Below are positions 9,797 to 21,100 of a DNA stretch of 64,000 nucleotides, one piece after another. Numbering within the stretch: position 1 is the first letter of the stretch; the number at the start of each line of letters is the position of its first letter. Origin of the DNA: Candidatus Latescibacterota bacterium (GTDB lineage Bacteria; Latescibacterota; UBA2968); the NCBI GenBank assembly GCA_965198115.1, contig OZ240241.1, forward strand, positions 2,400,001-2,464,000, read 5' to 3'. The translations under genes and the position numbers were made by a program. Below the pieces are notes generated by a model. That model made no database searches. It saw nothing but the letters and a program-made list of their open reading frames with translations, and was not told the origin of the DNA.

Positions 9797-12346
9797 GTGA
9801 GGACAGGAAGAATCATCGCCTTCGTGGGCAGTGTGGGGCTTGCGATTTCGCTGGTCGCCGGCGTGTCTTCGGCTGCGGTATCCGAGGCGGCCATTGTGCT
9901 GACGCGAGAAGCGCTTGCCGATTCGGGCGACACCCTCGCGTCGTTCGAAGCCGTGCTGTCGACCGATGTCGACCAGGCCCTGGCCGACGTCTGGAAATCG
10001 AGGAACCCGCCGATCTATCGATATTATTTCGGTCACCTCGCTGGCAGGCGGCTCTACACCGCATCGGACGCCTTCTACGACGGGCTGCGGAACGTCCCCC
10101 TTCTCTTTCAGGTTGGCGCGCCACCCGCTAACCCAGCCCATCTTGCCCAAGCCGACGCTTTTCTGCGAACCCTTCTCGTTCGGACGCCGGAAGATGCGGT
10201 TGCCCACAACGGGCTGGGCTACATAAGACTGGAGCGTGGCGACTACGAGGGTGCCGAAGCGGCGTTTACGGAAGCCCTCGCACGGGATCGACAACTCGTC
10301 GAAGCCAGAAACGGCCGAGCTCTCGCTTTCCTAGCCCGGCCTAACGGGGGGTCAGAAGGCGTCGAACGGCTCCGGCGGGCGTGGTCGGCCAACACCGACT
10401 ATGGCGACGCGCTCTACGGTCTGGCGGTTGGGCAGATCGTCATCGGGGGTCGCGATATCGGTACGGAGTTCGAGAAGCTGGTTGCTCGGTTTCCAGATCA
10501 TCGGGACGGCTGGTTCAAGCTCGGGGCTTTCCACGAAGCAGATTTCATGGTCGAGAAGGATGCCGACCTCGGAAGAGCGGCGGACGCCTACCGACGCCAG
10601 ACCGTGGTGAATCCCGATCATCCGAAGGCCTGGTTCCGGCTGGGACGAGCCCTGAATCGGTCGGGCCAAAGCGAGGAAGCCATCCAGACGCTTCAGCGAA
10701 TCACGGCCACTCAGCCGGATTACAGACACGCGTATCTCCCTCACTTTTTCGAGGCGTGTCTCAAACGGGGAAATGGGAAACGTGCCTGGTCCGCTGCCCA
10801 GGCGTTTGTAGCAGGTCTCGATCCGGACACCCGCTCCGCCTATGAGGACATCCGGACCATCTCGACCCCCGAAGAAACCAGCGACTTCACCGGTTTGGAC
10901 GGCGCGGTGCGCACCGATTACATCAGACGATTCTGGCAGAAACGAGACCCGACGCCGGTGACGGATGAAAACGAGCGTCGTGTCGAACATTATCGCCGGG
11001 TTCACGACGCGATGGAGTTCTACCCGTCGGCATCCGGGTCGTGGGATCGTCGAGGCGACCTCTACATCCGCTATGGGGATCCTGCCCACACAGGCCGGTG
11101 GAACAACATCCGAAGTGAGCGCACGACAAGTACGCTGTATGCCAAGGACCGTCTACTCCAGTCTCTTCCAAGGACGGCGCAACACGAGATCGCCGAGGCC
11201 AGCAGAGATGCGGCCCACGAAGCCAGCCTCGCGGGGTATCTTTCCGAGTCCGGACGACGCCCGTTCGATCCGAGCGGCGGCCGTGAGCAGATGCTGGACG
11301 TCGTCGAGGGGTTTCCTCTCTACCCCGTCCAGCGCGGTCGATTTTGGGAATACTGGCTCTATCCGGACATCGTGGAAGGTCTGGAGATCGTCTTCGTGGC
11401 GTCCGACCCGGACGGGCCGATGGACTACCCGCCTCCGCCCGAGGGCCGCGGCCGGGGGAACGACGCGGTGTGGGAGGCCCATCATCCAGCGAAGATTCTG
11501 GCCGAAACGATCGCGGTCGAGAGTGAGTCCTACAGCCTCGAGGGGCCGTCCATCGCGGTGACGCTTGACCACGCCGACTTTCGGGGAGCGGGACGCAAGG
11601 CGCGACTTGAAATCTACTTCGGGTACGCACATCGGAACCTGACGCCGGTTCGTGAAGACACGGGCTACGTCGTTCGCGGCATTGCGCTGTTCGACACGAC
11701 CTGGACCGCGAGATACCGGCGCACGGACACGCTGACGTTCGTGAAGCGGGGAGAGGTGGAGGAAATCGGGATCAGTGAGTTTCCCGTCAACCTGCCCGGC
11801 GGGAACTACATCGTGGGTGCTCAGTTCGCCGACCCGACGTCGATGGCCGTCGGGTCGGCGTATCTTGAGGTCGAGGTCGACAATTACCCGGCTGGTAGAT
11901 TCGGGTTGAGCGACATCGAAATAGCTTCGGTGATCAGAGAACCCGAAGCTGACGGGGGGCATCTCATCGTATTCCCGAATCCGACGCGGCAGTATACCCC
12001 AAAAAGCCCCGTCAAGATGCACTACCAGATTTACGGGCTGTCTGGAGGAACGAACGGGCGATGTCGCTATATCGCGGATGTTCGCATCGATCCACGCGGC
12101 GATGCGCGGCCCTTTGTCGCGCGCGTGCTTCGTTCAGCCGGCAAAGTCGTGCGAAAGACGAGAAACAACGACGGGATGTCCATCAGAACGGAGGCATCGA
12201 ACGACCGACCCGATCAGGAGGAATATATCGAGTTGGAAGCGTCGGGTCGATCCGGGGGGCACTACGACGTGACCGTATCCGTGACGGATCTTGTAACGAA
12301 CCGATCGATCGCGAAGCAATCGGCGTTCGAGATCGTGCGTCGATGA
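9797..12346 (+). CDS. GWxTD-domain protein with N-terminal TPR repeats, exported
   Basis: Signal peptide; TPR motifs (AHNGLGY…G.YE.AE.AF..AL); FWQKRDPTP…NERRVEHYRRV…DRRGDLYIRYGDP. Confidence 0.85.
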   Translation: MRTGRIIAFVGSVGLAISLVAGVSSAAVSEAAIVLTREALADSGDTLASFEAVLSTDVDQALADVWKSRNPPIYRYYFGHLAGRRLYTASDAFYDGLRNVPLLFQVGAPPANPAHLAQADAFLRTLLVRTPEDAVAHNGLGYIRLERGDYEGAEAAFTEALARDRQLVEARNGRALAFLARPNGGSEGVERLRRAWSANTDYGDALYGLAVGQIVIGGRDIGTEFEKLVARFPDHRDGWFKLGAFHEADFMVEKDADLGRAADAYRRQTVVNPDHPKAWFRLGRALNRSGQSEEAIQTLQRITATQPDYRHAYLPHFFEACLKRGNGKRAWSAAQAFVAGLDPDTRSAYEDIRTISTPEETSDFTGLDGAVRTDYIRRFWQKRDPTPVTDENERRVEHYRRVHDAMEFYPSASGSWDRRGDLYIRYGDPAHTGRWNNIRSERTTSTLYAKDRLLQSLPRTAQHEIAEASRDAAHEASLAGYLSESGRRPFDPSGGREQMLDVVEGFPLYPVQRGRFWEYWLYPDIVEGLEIVFVASDPDGPMDYPPPPEGRGRGNDAVWEAHHPAKILAETIAVESESYSLEGPSIAVTLDHADFRGAGRKARLEIYFGYAHRNLTPVREDTGYVVRGIALFDTTWTARYRRTDTLTFVKRGEVEEIGISEFPVNLPGGNYIVGAQFADPTSMAVGSAYLEVEVDNYPAGRFGLSDIEIASVIREPEADGGHLIVFPNPTRQYTPKSPVKMHYQIYGLSGGTNGRCRYIADVRIDPRGDARPFVARVLRSAGKVVRKTRNNDGMSIRTEASNDRPDQEEYIELEASGRSGGHYDVTVSVTDLVTNRSIAKQSAFEIVRR

Positions 12347-12386
12347 TCGTGGGGCTCGTCAGAATCTTTTGCCGAGCGGAGACTTG

Positions 12387-13481
12387 CTACCGCACCGAAC
12401 TCAACGGCTCTGAAATTGCGGCGATCTTTTCCTCGTCCAGTTCCATCCCCAGCCCCGGGCCTTCGGGCAAGAGCACATACCCCTTCTCGTATTGAATCGG
12501 ATTCTTGACAACATCACTTTCATAGAGCTGTCCGCCCGTGCAATCACCTGGATAGTCGAGGTTTTCCGTGATACAACCGAACGTGGCCTGGGCCGCGACA
12601 CCGATTGACAGTTCCTGGGTGGTACCGACGAGGACGGATAGTCCAGCCGAGTCGGCGACCTGGGCCATGTGCAGTGCGTTGGTGATTCCGCCCGCACCAG
12701 AGAGGCTGATGTTGTAGATGTCGACATACTTGTGGTAGGCGAACTGGTAGGCCTGATTGAGCGAGGAGACGTGTTCACTGATCGGCAGATCGACGCGCTT
12801 TCGCACTTCGTACTGCCCATCGAGATCTTTCCGATCAGAGACGGATTCAAGCAGGATCGGGGTGTAGTATTGGGACAGAATCCCCACGGCGTGAACCACG
12901 TGTTTCCACTTGCGGGCGGCGCTGAAGTCGAGCGATTTCAGCTCGAACTTGTCGCCGTGGTTTGACTTCACGCCGTCCAGGAAGATCTCGTCCGCCTCGA
13001 CATTCCCACCGTGATACAGCCGGAACAGGTCCTGGCCCTCACCCATCCGGCGATCGACGCGCTTGATGTTCGCTTCGGCGTCTTCCCGTGAGTGATTGGG
13101 GAAGATGGGGTAACAGACGCGCATCTTGTCCGTGAGCTCCCCGCCAAACACGCCCGCCACCGACCGGCCCTGGATTTTGCCGATCAGGTCGAACAGGGCG
13201 ATCTCGAATCCTGTGCGAATGGCCCTGCCCATCGCGAAGCGACCACGCGCCGCTCTTGTGATGGGGTGCCAGTCGAGGGGATCCTTTCCGGCCAGTAGCG
13301 ATTCGTAGGCGCCCTTCACATCGGCCAGATCATACATGACACCCCAGTCGCCCACGTCGGACATCTCGCCCAGACCGACAAGCCCTTCGTCGGTGTTGAA
13401 TTGAACGACGACGTGACGGGAGACCTCTCCTGTTTCACGCCGGGTTGCGACAGGTGTCAGATCAACGCTGGTGATCTTCAT
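12387..13481 (-). CDS. Mandelate racemase/muconate lactonizing enzyme family
   Basis: TDEGLVGLGE, ALFDLIGK, GGITNA, PEGPGLGMELDEE. Confidence 0.85.
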   Translation of the reverse strand: MKITSVDLTPVATRRETGEVSRHVVVQFNTDEGLVGLGEMSDVGDWGVMYDLADVKGAYESLLAGKDPLDWHPITRAARGRFAMGRAIRTGFEIALFDLIGKIQGRSVAGVFGGELTDKMRVCYPIFPNHSREDAEANIKRVDRRMGEGQDLFRLYHGGNVEADEIFLDGVKSNHGDKFELKSLDFSAARKWKHVVHAVGILSQYYTPILLESVSDRKDLDGQYEVRKRVDLPISEHVSSLNQAYQFAYHKYVDIYNISLSGAGGITNALHMAQVADSAGLSVLVGTTQELSIGVAAQATFGCITENLDYPGDCTGGQLYESDVVKNPIQYEKGYVLLPEGPGLGMELDEEKIAAISEPLSSVR

Positions 13482-13536
13482 GGGAATGCTCCTTGAAAGA
13501 CGAGTGGTGGTTCTGGGCTTCAGGCATCAGGTGGCT

Positions 13537-13571
13537 GATAGCTGCCCGGCACGCGTGAACGTGCTGCCCTT
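13537..13571 (-). pseudogene. HK tail remnant R6 (minimal, internally deleted)
   Basis: AAGGGCAGCACGTTCACGCGTGCCGGGCAGCTATC; abuts the stop of 13571-14716. Confidence 0.7.
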
Positions 13572-14716
13572 CACATCTCATCAGCCGGGTGACGAATACG
13601 GCGATCGGGGAAGGGCTCGTAAGGGTAGCGGGCGAGTGCGTCTTCATCGAGCTCGATGCCCAGCCCCGGTCGTTCGGGGAGGGCGATGTGGCTGTCGACG
13701 ACCTCGAACGGCGTCGTCGCAATATCCTGGCCGAGGGGCTCGAGGTTCACGAAGTACTCGAGGATGATGAAGTTGGGCATGGAGGCCACGGTGTGCATGG
13801 TTGCGGCGAGTCCCACGGTCGTGCTGTTGTAGTTGTGGGGTGCGACGCCGACGTGATAGGCCTCTGCCATCGCGCCGATCTCTTTGAGCTCGAGGATACC
13901 GCCGCACGCGCCAATGTCCGGATTGATGATGTCGGCTACGTGCTTCTCAAATGCCAGTACGAACTCCTGCTTGAGGTATAGCTCTTCACCAGAGACGACT
14001 GGGATGTTGATCTGGCTGCGCGCTTCGGCCAGTCCATTCAGATCACGCGAGGAAACGGGCTCCTCATACCAGAACGGTCGATACGCTTCGATTCTCCGGG
14101 CCACGCGGACGGCGTGCATAGGTGCAAGGCGGCGATGCACTTCGACCAGAATCTCGACGTCGGGACCGACCGCTTCGCGGACAGCCTTAACACGTTCGAC
14201 GGCAATGTCCTCTTGCGCGCGGTCGATGTAGGCGCGGCGCGGACCGGGGAAAGGATCGAACTTGAGGCCGGTGAATCCGCGCGCGACCACTTCCTCTGCG
14301 CGGCGTGCCAGCGTGTCTATGTCTCCCCCACCCCCCCATCCGTTCGCGTAGACGCGAATCTTCTCTCGGCAGGCTCCTCCCAACAGATTGTGGACCGGCT
14401 GTCCCGCGGCCTTTCCGACGATGTCCCACAGGGCTATCTCGAGGCCGCTGATGGCGCAATACAGATCCATCGCGCCTCGCTTGTCCGCGAAGTCGGTGTA
14501 GGCCCAGAAGGTGAAATGCTTGATCTCGAAGGGAGAACGGCCACGTAGATATCGGGCGAGCTGATGAATGTGCGACTCGATGGTTTGGGCCCGATCGGCG
14601 TGCGTGTAGGCCTCACCCCAACCGTGGATGCCCTCGTCTGTCTCGATTTTGACGAAGCACAGGTTCTTGCCGCTCGGCGGACGGATCAGGAAGGTTTCGA
14701 TATCGGTGATTCTCAT
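13571..14716 (-). CDS. Galactonate dehydratase-like enolase-superfamily enzyme
   Basis: ETDEGIHGWGE, ALWDIVGK, RVYANGW, KFDPF, WYEEP, SGEEL, APHN. Confidence 0.88.
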   Translation of the reverse strand: MRITDIETFLIRPPSGKNLCFVKIETDEGIHGWGEAYTHADRAQTIESHIHQLARYLRGRSPFEIKHFTFWAYTDFADKRGAMDLYCAISGLEIALWDIVGKAAGQPVHNLLGGACREKIRVYANGWGGGGDIDTLARRAEEVVARGFTGLKFDPFPGPRRAYIDRAQEDIAVERVKAVREAVGPDVEILVEVHRRLAPMHAVRVARRIEAYRPFWYEEPVSSRDLNGLAEARSQINIPVVSGEELYLKQEFVLAFEKHVADIINPDIGACGGILELKEIGAMAEAYHVGVAPHNYNSTTVGLAATMHTVASMPNFIILEYFVNLEPLGQDIATTPFEVVDSHIALPERPGLGIELDEDALARYPYEPFPDRRIRHPADEM

Positions 14717-14833
14717 TAGTGATCCTTTAGGACGGGAGAAGTAAGAATACATCCGCGTCGGCCGTGCCGGGGACTCTCGGCGGGGAGGAGGCGTCGGAGA
14801 ACGCGACCCGGTTGACTACAGCTTCTTGCGGTG

Positions 14834-16375
14834 CTATGACCGCCTCGGGGGTTTGCCGAGATTGCGCGACACGTAGTTGAAGATGACGGCTCGTCTCGGG
14901 GTGTCGTTCTTCCACGGGTAGGCGCCGTGGATCTGAGCGGATCCCATGAAGATGACGAGGTCGCCGGCTTTCATCTCGACGTGTCTGAGAAGTCCTCTCT
15001 CGTCCTCCAGAGAGCGCACGCGCTCGGGCACGGGGTGACTCGTTTTGTGCGAACCGGCAATGCCGAAAAAGCCGCCGTCGCCGGCATTCACATCGCGCAG
15101 CTGCCAGGCGACGTTGATGGTCTCGCAGTACGTCCTGCCATTCTGCAGCGCATAGATGCTTCGCGCCGACCCGGGGTAGCACCCGCTGTGCACGCCGTGC
15201 CCCGAGGTGCCCTTTTCGTAGACGATGGCACGCGCGGCGTCGACGACAAAGCCCGAGCCCGACATCCAGTTGAGACGCTGCACGAGAGCGGGGTTGGCGA
15301 TCATGCGGCGGAACGGTTCGGCGTGGGGATGCGGGAGGTCGAAGAGGCCGCTCAGCGATGACACGCCGGTGCCGGCGAGTCGCTTCGTATTGTGGCTTAC
15401 ATCACCTCCCTTGACGATGTTGTCAGTACCGGCGTCGATCGCTTCATTGGCGGCAGCGAGCCACGCTTCGTCCATGACGTTGCGCACGACGAGGTGGCCG
15501 TTGAGATCCCAGAAGTAGAACTCCTTTTCGTCAATCTGGCAATCGGGGTCGCGAATCGTGGTAGTGGGATGGTAGGTCCCCGGCTCCTCGTCCACCCACG
15601 TGCGCGTGCCGTCGGAGTGGACAATGGGTGCCGGATTCGGCCGGTCGACACCGAGGATGACGCGCTGCTCCGGCGTCATCTCATCCACCCAGTTTGGAGG
15701 GTCTCCATCCGCATCCTCGGCGGGAGCGTCATTCGACCGGCGCACGAGCCGGCTGATATAGCCGGTGCTGAGCAGCCGTTTCGCCCCTCCCCTCCAAGGA
15801 CGCATGCCCTGGAGCAAGGTGGCAACCGACAACAGCAGGTCACCCGCCTCGAGCGCCGGCTGCAGTGTCAGACCCATGTCGTCACTGCCGTCGAGGACAT
15901 CGGATGGCGTCTCGACGAGGCTCTTGTGCGAGCAGGGCACGAGGCTGAAGCCGCCATCTCCCTCGGCGACATCCCCGAGAGCCCAGATCGCGCGGACGCC
16001 GAGAGTGAAACGGGCGTCGTTACCGCAGTAGTAGGAACCGGACCAGTTGCGTGGCTCGCCGCCGCCGACCAGAGGCGCAGCTGGCGCCACCCGCTCGTCG
16101 AGCAGCCGTGGCGGTCGATCGAGTCGGCTGCCGTCGTAACAGAGCTGATCGAGGTATCCCGTCAGGATCGGGTGCTCGAGGAGCCTGACGAAGGGATCGC
16201 ACCAGGGTGACTCCCACTCCAGCATCCCCTCCCGTCTACCGACGCGATCGATGGCCTCATTGCAGGCGGTCACCTCCGGCTGCGTGAGGACCCCACGGAG
16301 GATGAGGTAACCGGCGACGTCGAGACAAAATTCATCTTCTGGTGAGATTTCAGGCTGGGAGTTTTCTGGAACCAA
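14834..16375 (-). CDS. Tandem-domain PhyH-family dioxygenase
   Basis: Two PhyH domains; FWDLNGHLVV, HGVHSG, GGFFGIAGSHK, IHGAYPW…RRA. Confidence 0.88.
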   Translation of the reverse strand: MVPENSQPEISPEDEFCLDVAGYLILRGVLTQPEVTACNEAIDRVGRREGMLEWESPWCDPFVRLLEHPILTGYLDQLCYDGSRLDRPPRLLDERVAPAAPLVGGGEPRNWSGSYYCGNDARFTLGVRAIWALGDVAEGDGGFSLVPCSHKSLVETPSDVLDGSDDMGLTLQPALEAGDLLLSVATLLQGMRPWRGGAKRLLSTGYISRLVRRSNDAPAEDADGDPPNWVDEMTPEQRVILGVDRPNPAPIVHSDGTRTWVDEEPGTYHPTTTIRDPDCQIDEKEFYFWDLNGHLVVRNVMDEAWLAAANEAIDAGTDNIVKGGDVSHNTKRLAGTGVSSLSGLFDLPHPHAEPFRRMIANPALVQRLNWMSGSGFVVDAARAIVYEKGTSGHGVHSGCYPGSARSIYALQNGRTYCETINVAWQLRDVNAGDGGFFGIAGSHKTSHPVPERVRSLEDERGLLRHVEMKAGDLVIFMGSAQIHGAYPWKNDTPRRAVIFNYVSRNLGKPPRRS

Positions 16376-16446
16376 TGCTCACCTTCCTCTGCATCCAAGC
16401 ATGGTGGTTTTCGGCTGCGTTGTCGGCCGTCAGGCGCTCGTCATTG

Positions 16447-16506
16447 GTCAGGCTTCAGGTGGGTGATAGCTTGTGCGGATTCGCACCGTAAACGCGCTGC
16501 CTTCCC
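16447..16506 (-). pseudogene. HK tail remnant R7
   Basis: Encodes EGSAFTVRIRTSYH…; boundaries approximate. Confidence 0.7.
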
Positions 16507-16522
16507 GATCCGCTTCTATTTG

Positions 16523-16872
16523 TCAGGAATCGACCCCAAAGCTAGCCACGCCCGCATCGGCGTTGTCGAAAAACTGAAACACTTCCTCCAGATGCGTTAC
16601 CACGAAGACGTTCGTCAACCGCGTGTTCACCCCCGCCAATCGCAGGTCACCGCCCGCCTCTTTGGTCAGTTTCAACGCCGCCGTTAGAATGCCCAGCGTG
16701 CTACTGTCCAACCAGTTAACTCCATCCAGATCCAGAACCACTTTCGAGGTGCCATTTGTAATCAGTTTTCCGATCTCGTCGTTCTCAATTCCTCGCTATG
16801 GCTCGCATAGAGCGTGCTCTGCTCCGGCTTGACCACCGCTACTCCATCCTGAACATAAACCCGGGTGTTCAT
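16523..16872 (-). CDS. STAS-domain anti-sigma factor antagonist; frameshift near 16790
   Basis: VVLDLDGVNWLDSSTLGIL…GGDLRLAG…VFVVTHL; RBS AAGGAG before the ATG at 16872. Confidence 0.85.
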
Positions 16873-17006
16873 TTTGTTCTCCTTCGGTTTGTTGAGCAGG
16901 GGCCGACTTACGGGATACAAAGAATGGTTGCTTCGCGACTGAACACAAAACTCAAGTCAGGTTGTTATGTACAGGACCCTCCGACTCGAACCATCAGCAG
17001 GCCCCT

Positions 17007-17059
17007 GATACTAGACCGGCACCCGCACCGTAAATACTCCCCCTCCTCACCTCGCTCTT
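17007..17059 (-). pseudogene. HK tail remnant R8
   Basis: AAGAGCGAGGTGAGGAGGGGGAGTATTTACGGTGCGGGTGCCGGTCTAGTATC (KSEVRRGS…FTVRVPV*Y). Confidence 0.8.
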
Positions 17060-17075
17060 AATCCCCGAACCACAT

Positions 17076-17675
17076 TTATAACGCGTCCTCTGCCCACTCG
17101 TGATCGGGCGGGATTGTCCACGTTTCCGACAGTGCCAGGCAGCAACTGGATCCCTCTTTACCGAACAGATCCCGGGGCAGAACCCGTCCGGGAACCGTTT
17201 CGCCATTGATCGTCATTTGGGCACGCCTGGCGGGGATCAACAGGCTGTAGACGCCGTGCGGCTGGTCCGGATTCTCGCCTGGCTGGTTGGCGACCTGGAC
17301 CGGTTCCATGAAGTCGTACCAGGATAGGGCAATGTGCTCATCCCTCGACACGACGTATTCCACCCAGGAAGTCAGCGTGTCGCCCTTTTTGGTGAATCTG
17401 GCCTCGATGATGGGAATGTCACCCGAGTAGGTATCCCGCATCGAAGCCTGGATGCCTTCCTGGAGCCAGCGCGCAAGGGCGAAGTTGTCGGAATAGATCC
17501 GAGGCTCGTTGTTGGACAAGACGCTCTTTGCGAAGAGGATGTGGCCCACTCCCCTGGAGGATGCCATGATCCGCCAGTGGCTGTTCTCGGCCGTCGGCTC
17601 CGCATCCTCGGACTCTCCGATACGCAGAAATGAGTTCTCGCCTGTGAGACGTATCTTGTTGGGGTCTGCTCCCAT
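17076..17675 (-). CDS. Hypothetical protein
   Basis: 199 aa, strong RBS (GGAGGAGG), protein-like composition. Confidence 0.7.
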   Translation of the reverse strand: MGADPNKIRLTGENSFLRIGESEDAEPTAENSHWRIMASSRGVGHILFAKSVLSNNEPRIYSDNFALARWLQEGIQASMRDTYSGDIPIIEARFTKKGDTLTSWVEYVVSRDEHIALSWYDFMEPVQVANQPGENPDQPHGVYSLLIPARRAQMTINGETVPGRVLPRDLFGKEGSSCCLALSETWTIPPDHEWAEDAL

Positions 17676-17719
17676 TTTCCTCCTCCTAGTCTGTCATTTC
17701 TGAGCGAGATGAGTGACGG

Positions 17720-17902
17720 TCACGATTTCGCCTGTCTCAGAATTCCCTCGTAAATCGCCTTCACGGCCTCAATGGTGCCTCTGAGTTGATCCAGCTCTTC
17801 CGTCACGTCTTCTCCACGACGGCTGCGATCCAACAAGGTCATCATTTCTCGAGCGTGGGTCTCGAGCTGAGTATGCAGGTTCTGTAGGGTGTCTTCTGTC
17901 AT
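17720..17902 (-). CDS. Small helical/coiled-coil hypothetical protein
   Basis: 60 aa amphipathic; RBS GAAGGA just after the stop of R9. Confidence 0.55.
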   Translation of the reverse strand: MTEDTLQNLHTQLETHAREMMTLLDRSRRGEDVTEELDQLRGTIEAVKAIYEGILRQAKS

Positions 17903-17914
17903 CGGTTCAGTCCT

Positions 17915-18006
17915 TCAAGTTTGCTCTTGATACTCCGTCGGTACCCGCACTGTGAACGTACTCCCCTTACCCACCTCGCTCTCCACACCGATGGTCCCAC
18001 CCAGGA
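17915..18006 (-). pseudogene. HK tail remnant R9
   Basis: Uninterrupted [29 protein letters not shown], ~130 bp downstream of the full HK. Confidence 0.92.
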
Positions 18007-18135
18007 ACCCTGAGGGGGAGAGGGGGCGCTGGGAGGAGAGCCCTCCTTCGCGGCTGACGCCGCTTCGGCGGACAGGAGGGGGAAAAAGCGGAAGCCCAAC
18101 GCGATTCTCTGGCGGTTCGTTTAGCCATACGCGAC

Positions 18136-21100
18136 TTACTCGGTATACTCTGTGGGGATGGTGACGGTGAATGTGGAGCCTTTACCCACCTCGCTCTCCA
18201 AGGTGATCGAACCTCCGAGCAACTCCGCGAACTTCTTGGTAATCGACAGCCCCAACCCTGTACCCTTCTGCACGCTGCTCTCCGACCCTTCGGCCTGACG
18301 GTATTCGTCGAAGATGGTTGGGAGTTCGTCGGCGGGAATGCCCTTACCAGTGTCAGAGACGGAAATGATCAGTTCGCTGGCCGTCGAACTGTCGGCGGTT
18401 GGCGGTGAGCTGTCGGCGGAGCCATCGCGCTCGGTTTCCGTGTCCCCGAGTGTGCCGGCCGGTGGCCGGGATGTAACGAGGGGCGCCAGATTCGCGCGAA
18501 CCACTACTTCTCCCGAATCCGTGAACTTGATCGCATTGGACAGGAGGTTAATGACCATCTGTTGCAGCCGCGCCTTATCAGTGTTCGCTTCGCCGATGTC
18601 GACGGCCACGTCCTGGCGGAGCTCAACGCCCTCCTGGATCAGAGGGCTGACGGTGTCGCACGCCGACGTGACCAGTTCCCCCACATCGAACCGCTCGGGG
18701 TTCACGTCCATCCTGCCTGCCTCAATTTTCGACAGGTCGAGCAGGTCGTTGATCATCGCGAGCAGGTGGTCGGATGCCTGATCGACCTTCTCCAGGTTCT
18801 CGCGCTGCCTGTCGGGAATCTCACGACCGATCCGTCGAAGCACCACGTTCGTAAAGCCCTTGATGGCGTTCATCGGCGTGCGCAGTTCGTGCGACATTGA
18901 CGCGAGGAAGGCCGACTTGCGCTCGGTCGCTTCCTGTATCTCGCGGATGTCGAGGTAACGGGCGTAGCCGAGGGCGACGGCGTCGGCGAATTCACGTAGC
19001 GTGGCGATCTCGTCGTCGTTGAAGCGTTCCCGACCTGACGCAATCAGCCTGAGCCGCCCATAACTTCCTGCCGGGACTTCAAGGATTGTCGTGTCCTCTT
19101 CAACAACCGCCTGCCAGGGCTCCCCGGCGATGAAACGTTCGACAGTTTGACGAATCACACCGGGGAACGGTGCAGCAACGGCAAAGGCTTCTACGGCGAC
19201 GTGGCCTGTCGTGTCGAGCGTGTAAGTCGCGTATTTGAATCCGTTCTCCTCAAACAGCTCTATCGTCGGATTCTCGACCGGCTCATCCAGCACGTCGATT
19301 TCGCAGCCATCGAAGGTGAGTTCCACCGTCTTCAGGCTCTCGGTCAGCAGCGACAGGATGCGCTCGAAATCGCTCGCCTCGTCCATCGACTGCACTTCAG
19401 CACGTAGACGCTGGACGGATGCCTCAACAGCGAGTCGACGGTTCTGTGCTTCCTTCTGCTGTAGCTCCTTGTGGCGCGAATGGGCGTATCCAAACACGTC
19501 GCCGAAACGGTTGATGAGCATCACGTATTCTTCGGCGATCGGCTCTTCAGACGCCACGTGGACATAGCCACCACAGAAAAAGGCCATAAATCAACCTTCT
19601 TCGGCCACTGGTCTTCAGGAACTGCCCCCCAACGAAGATACCCGCGCTTGGCATTGTCCCGGATGCTATCTCTGAGTGCATCATCCTCCAGGTGAAAATG
19701 GTAGTACTCTTTACCCCTCAGACGAGCTTGCGTTGGCGGAGAGTTTTCAGGGGGACGTCGGACCATCTTGTACGGCTTCCGAGCACGACCCGTTTCATCT
19801 GTAGACCATACCTCCATTTTGGTATCTGACACGTGGATGGTGATGGACGAGTCCACCAGATTTAGCCCAAGCCCAGTCAACTCATGACAAACCGCCTCCA
19901 CCATGGGACCAATGTCCTCGCTCGACTGCATCCCCTGCGCCTGACCCCGCAGCCGCTCCAGCACCTGCTCGCGCTGGAGGTCCACGTTGACCTGGAACAG
20001 TTCGTTGTTGGCGGACGAGAGAGCATCCACCGAATCCTGTAGCTTTCGCTTGCCCTGCACGACGCGGGCGGACTGGAAGAGCACGGCGATGATGAGCAGG
20101 AGTCCAGGACCCGCCACGACGGGGTCACGCCACCACGGGGCCTCGACGACAAACGAGTGAACGGCGGGTGTCGGGTCTACGTTGAGTTCGTCATCGGCAG
20201 CGCGTACTTCAATGCGGTGCTTCCCCGACGATAGAGATGTGAGGGTGACACCATCTCGGGTCGTCCAGGGTGACCAGTTGCCAGCGTCCAGACGGTGCTG
20301 GTAACGAACCTCCTCTTGCGGGGTGACGTCCCAGAGGTCGCGGCCGGACCACGTCAACTGGGTGTTGCCAGAGGAACCAACCTCGGCCGGGGTGACTTGG
20401 AAGCGGGTCTCGGGGGCGTCTTGGTCCGTTGTCAGACTGCCCGTCAGGCCCGCCCCCGTCGTGTAGCCCAAGCGTCCGTCCCGTTCCAGCCAAAGGTGTT
20501 CCACCACGCCAGGCCAGATACCGTCTTCCTCTGTGTAACTAGCCCAGAGTTCCGTTCGAGGGTCAAAGTGGCTGATGCCGTTGTCAGTGGCGACCCAGAC
20601 CGTTCCGTCCGAGTCGGGGAGAACCTCTTCTGAGAATTCACCGGCCAGACCATCGCGCATCCTGTAGGTTCGCCAAGCTGCCTGCCCTGAACCGGCATCC
20701 GACTTGTATCGCGAGACACCCAAGCCGCCGGCAATGCCTCCGTATGTGCACCACAAGTCCGAACCTGAAACCCGAAACCCCCTTGCCTTATTGCCCGGAA
20801 ATCCCTCCTCATAGCTCGACCAGGTGCCGGTGAACCAGCTGATGCCGTTGAGCGTGCCTGCCCAGATGGTGCCGTCCGGTGACTGTCCGAAGCCGTAAAA
20901 TGCGGTTGTGGAGAAGTCCATCGGCAGTCGTGTAACGGGTCCACGTAGATCCATCGAAGTGCATCACGCCGTCGCTGACCAGGACTGCTCCCGGCTTGGG
21001 CCAATTATTGGTGCCGAACCAAATGTCTCCGCTCGCTTCAACGAGAGGAGAATGGAGTCGCTCGGCATCAACACCGGGGTCCAGAACCTGCCACGACTTT

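Noticed and set aside
1860-18006. HK tails as a CRISPR array or classical attC sites
   Set aside because: The repeats are protein-coding HATPase sequence of variable length, separated by gene-sized intervals; no cas or intI gene and no RYYYAAC…GTTRRRY boundaries were seen.
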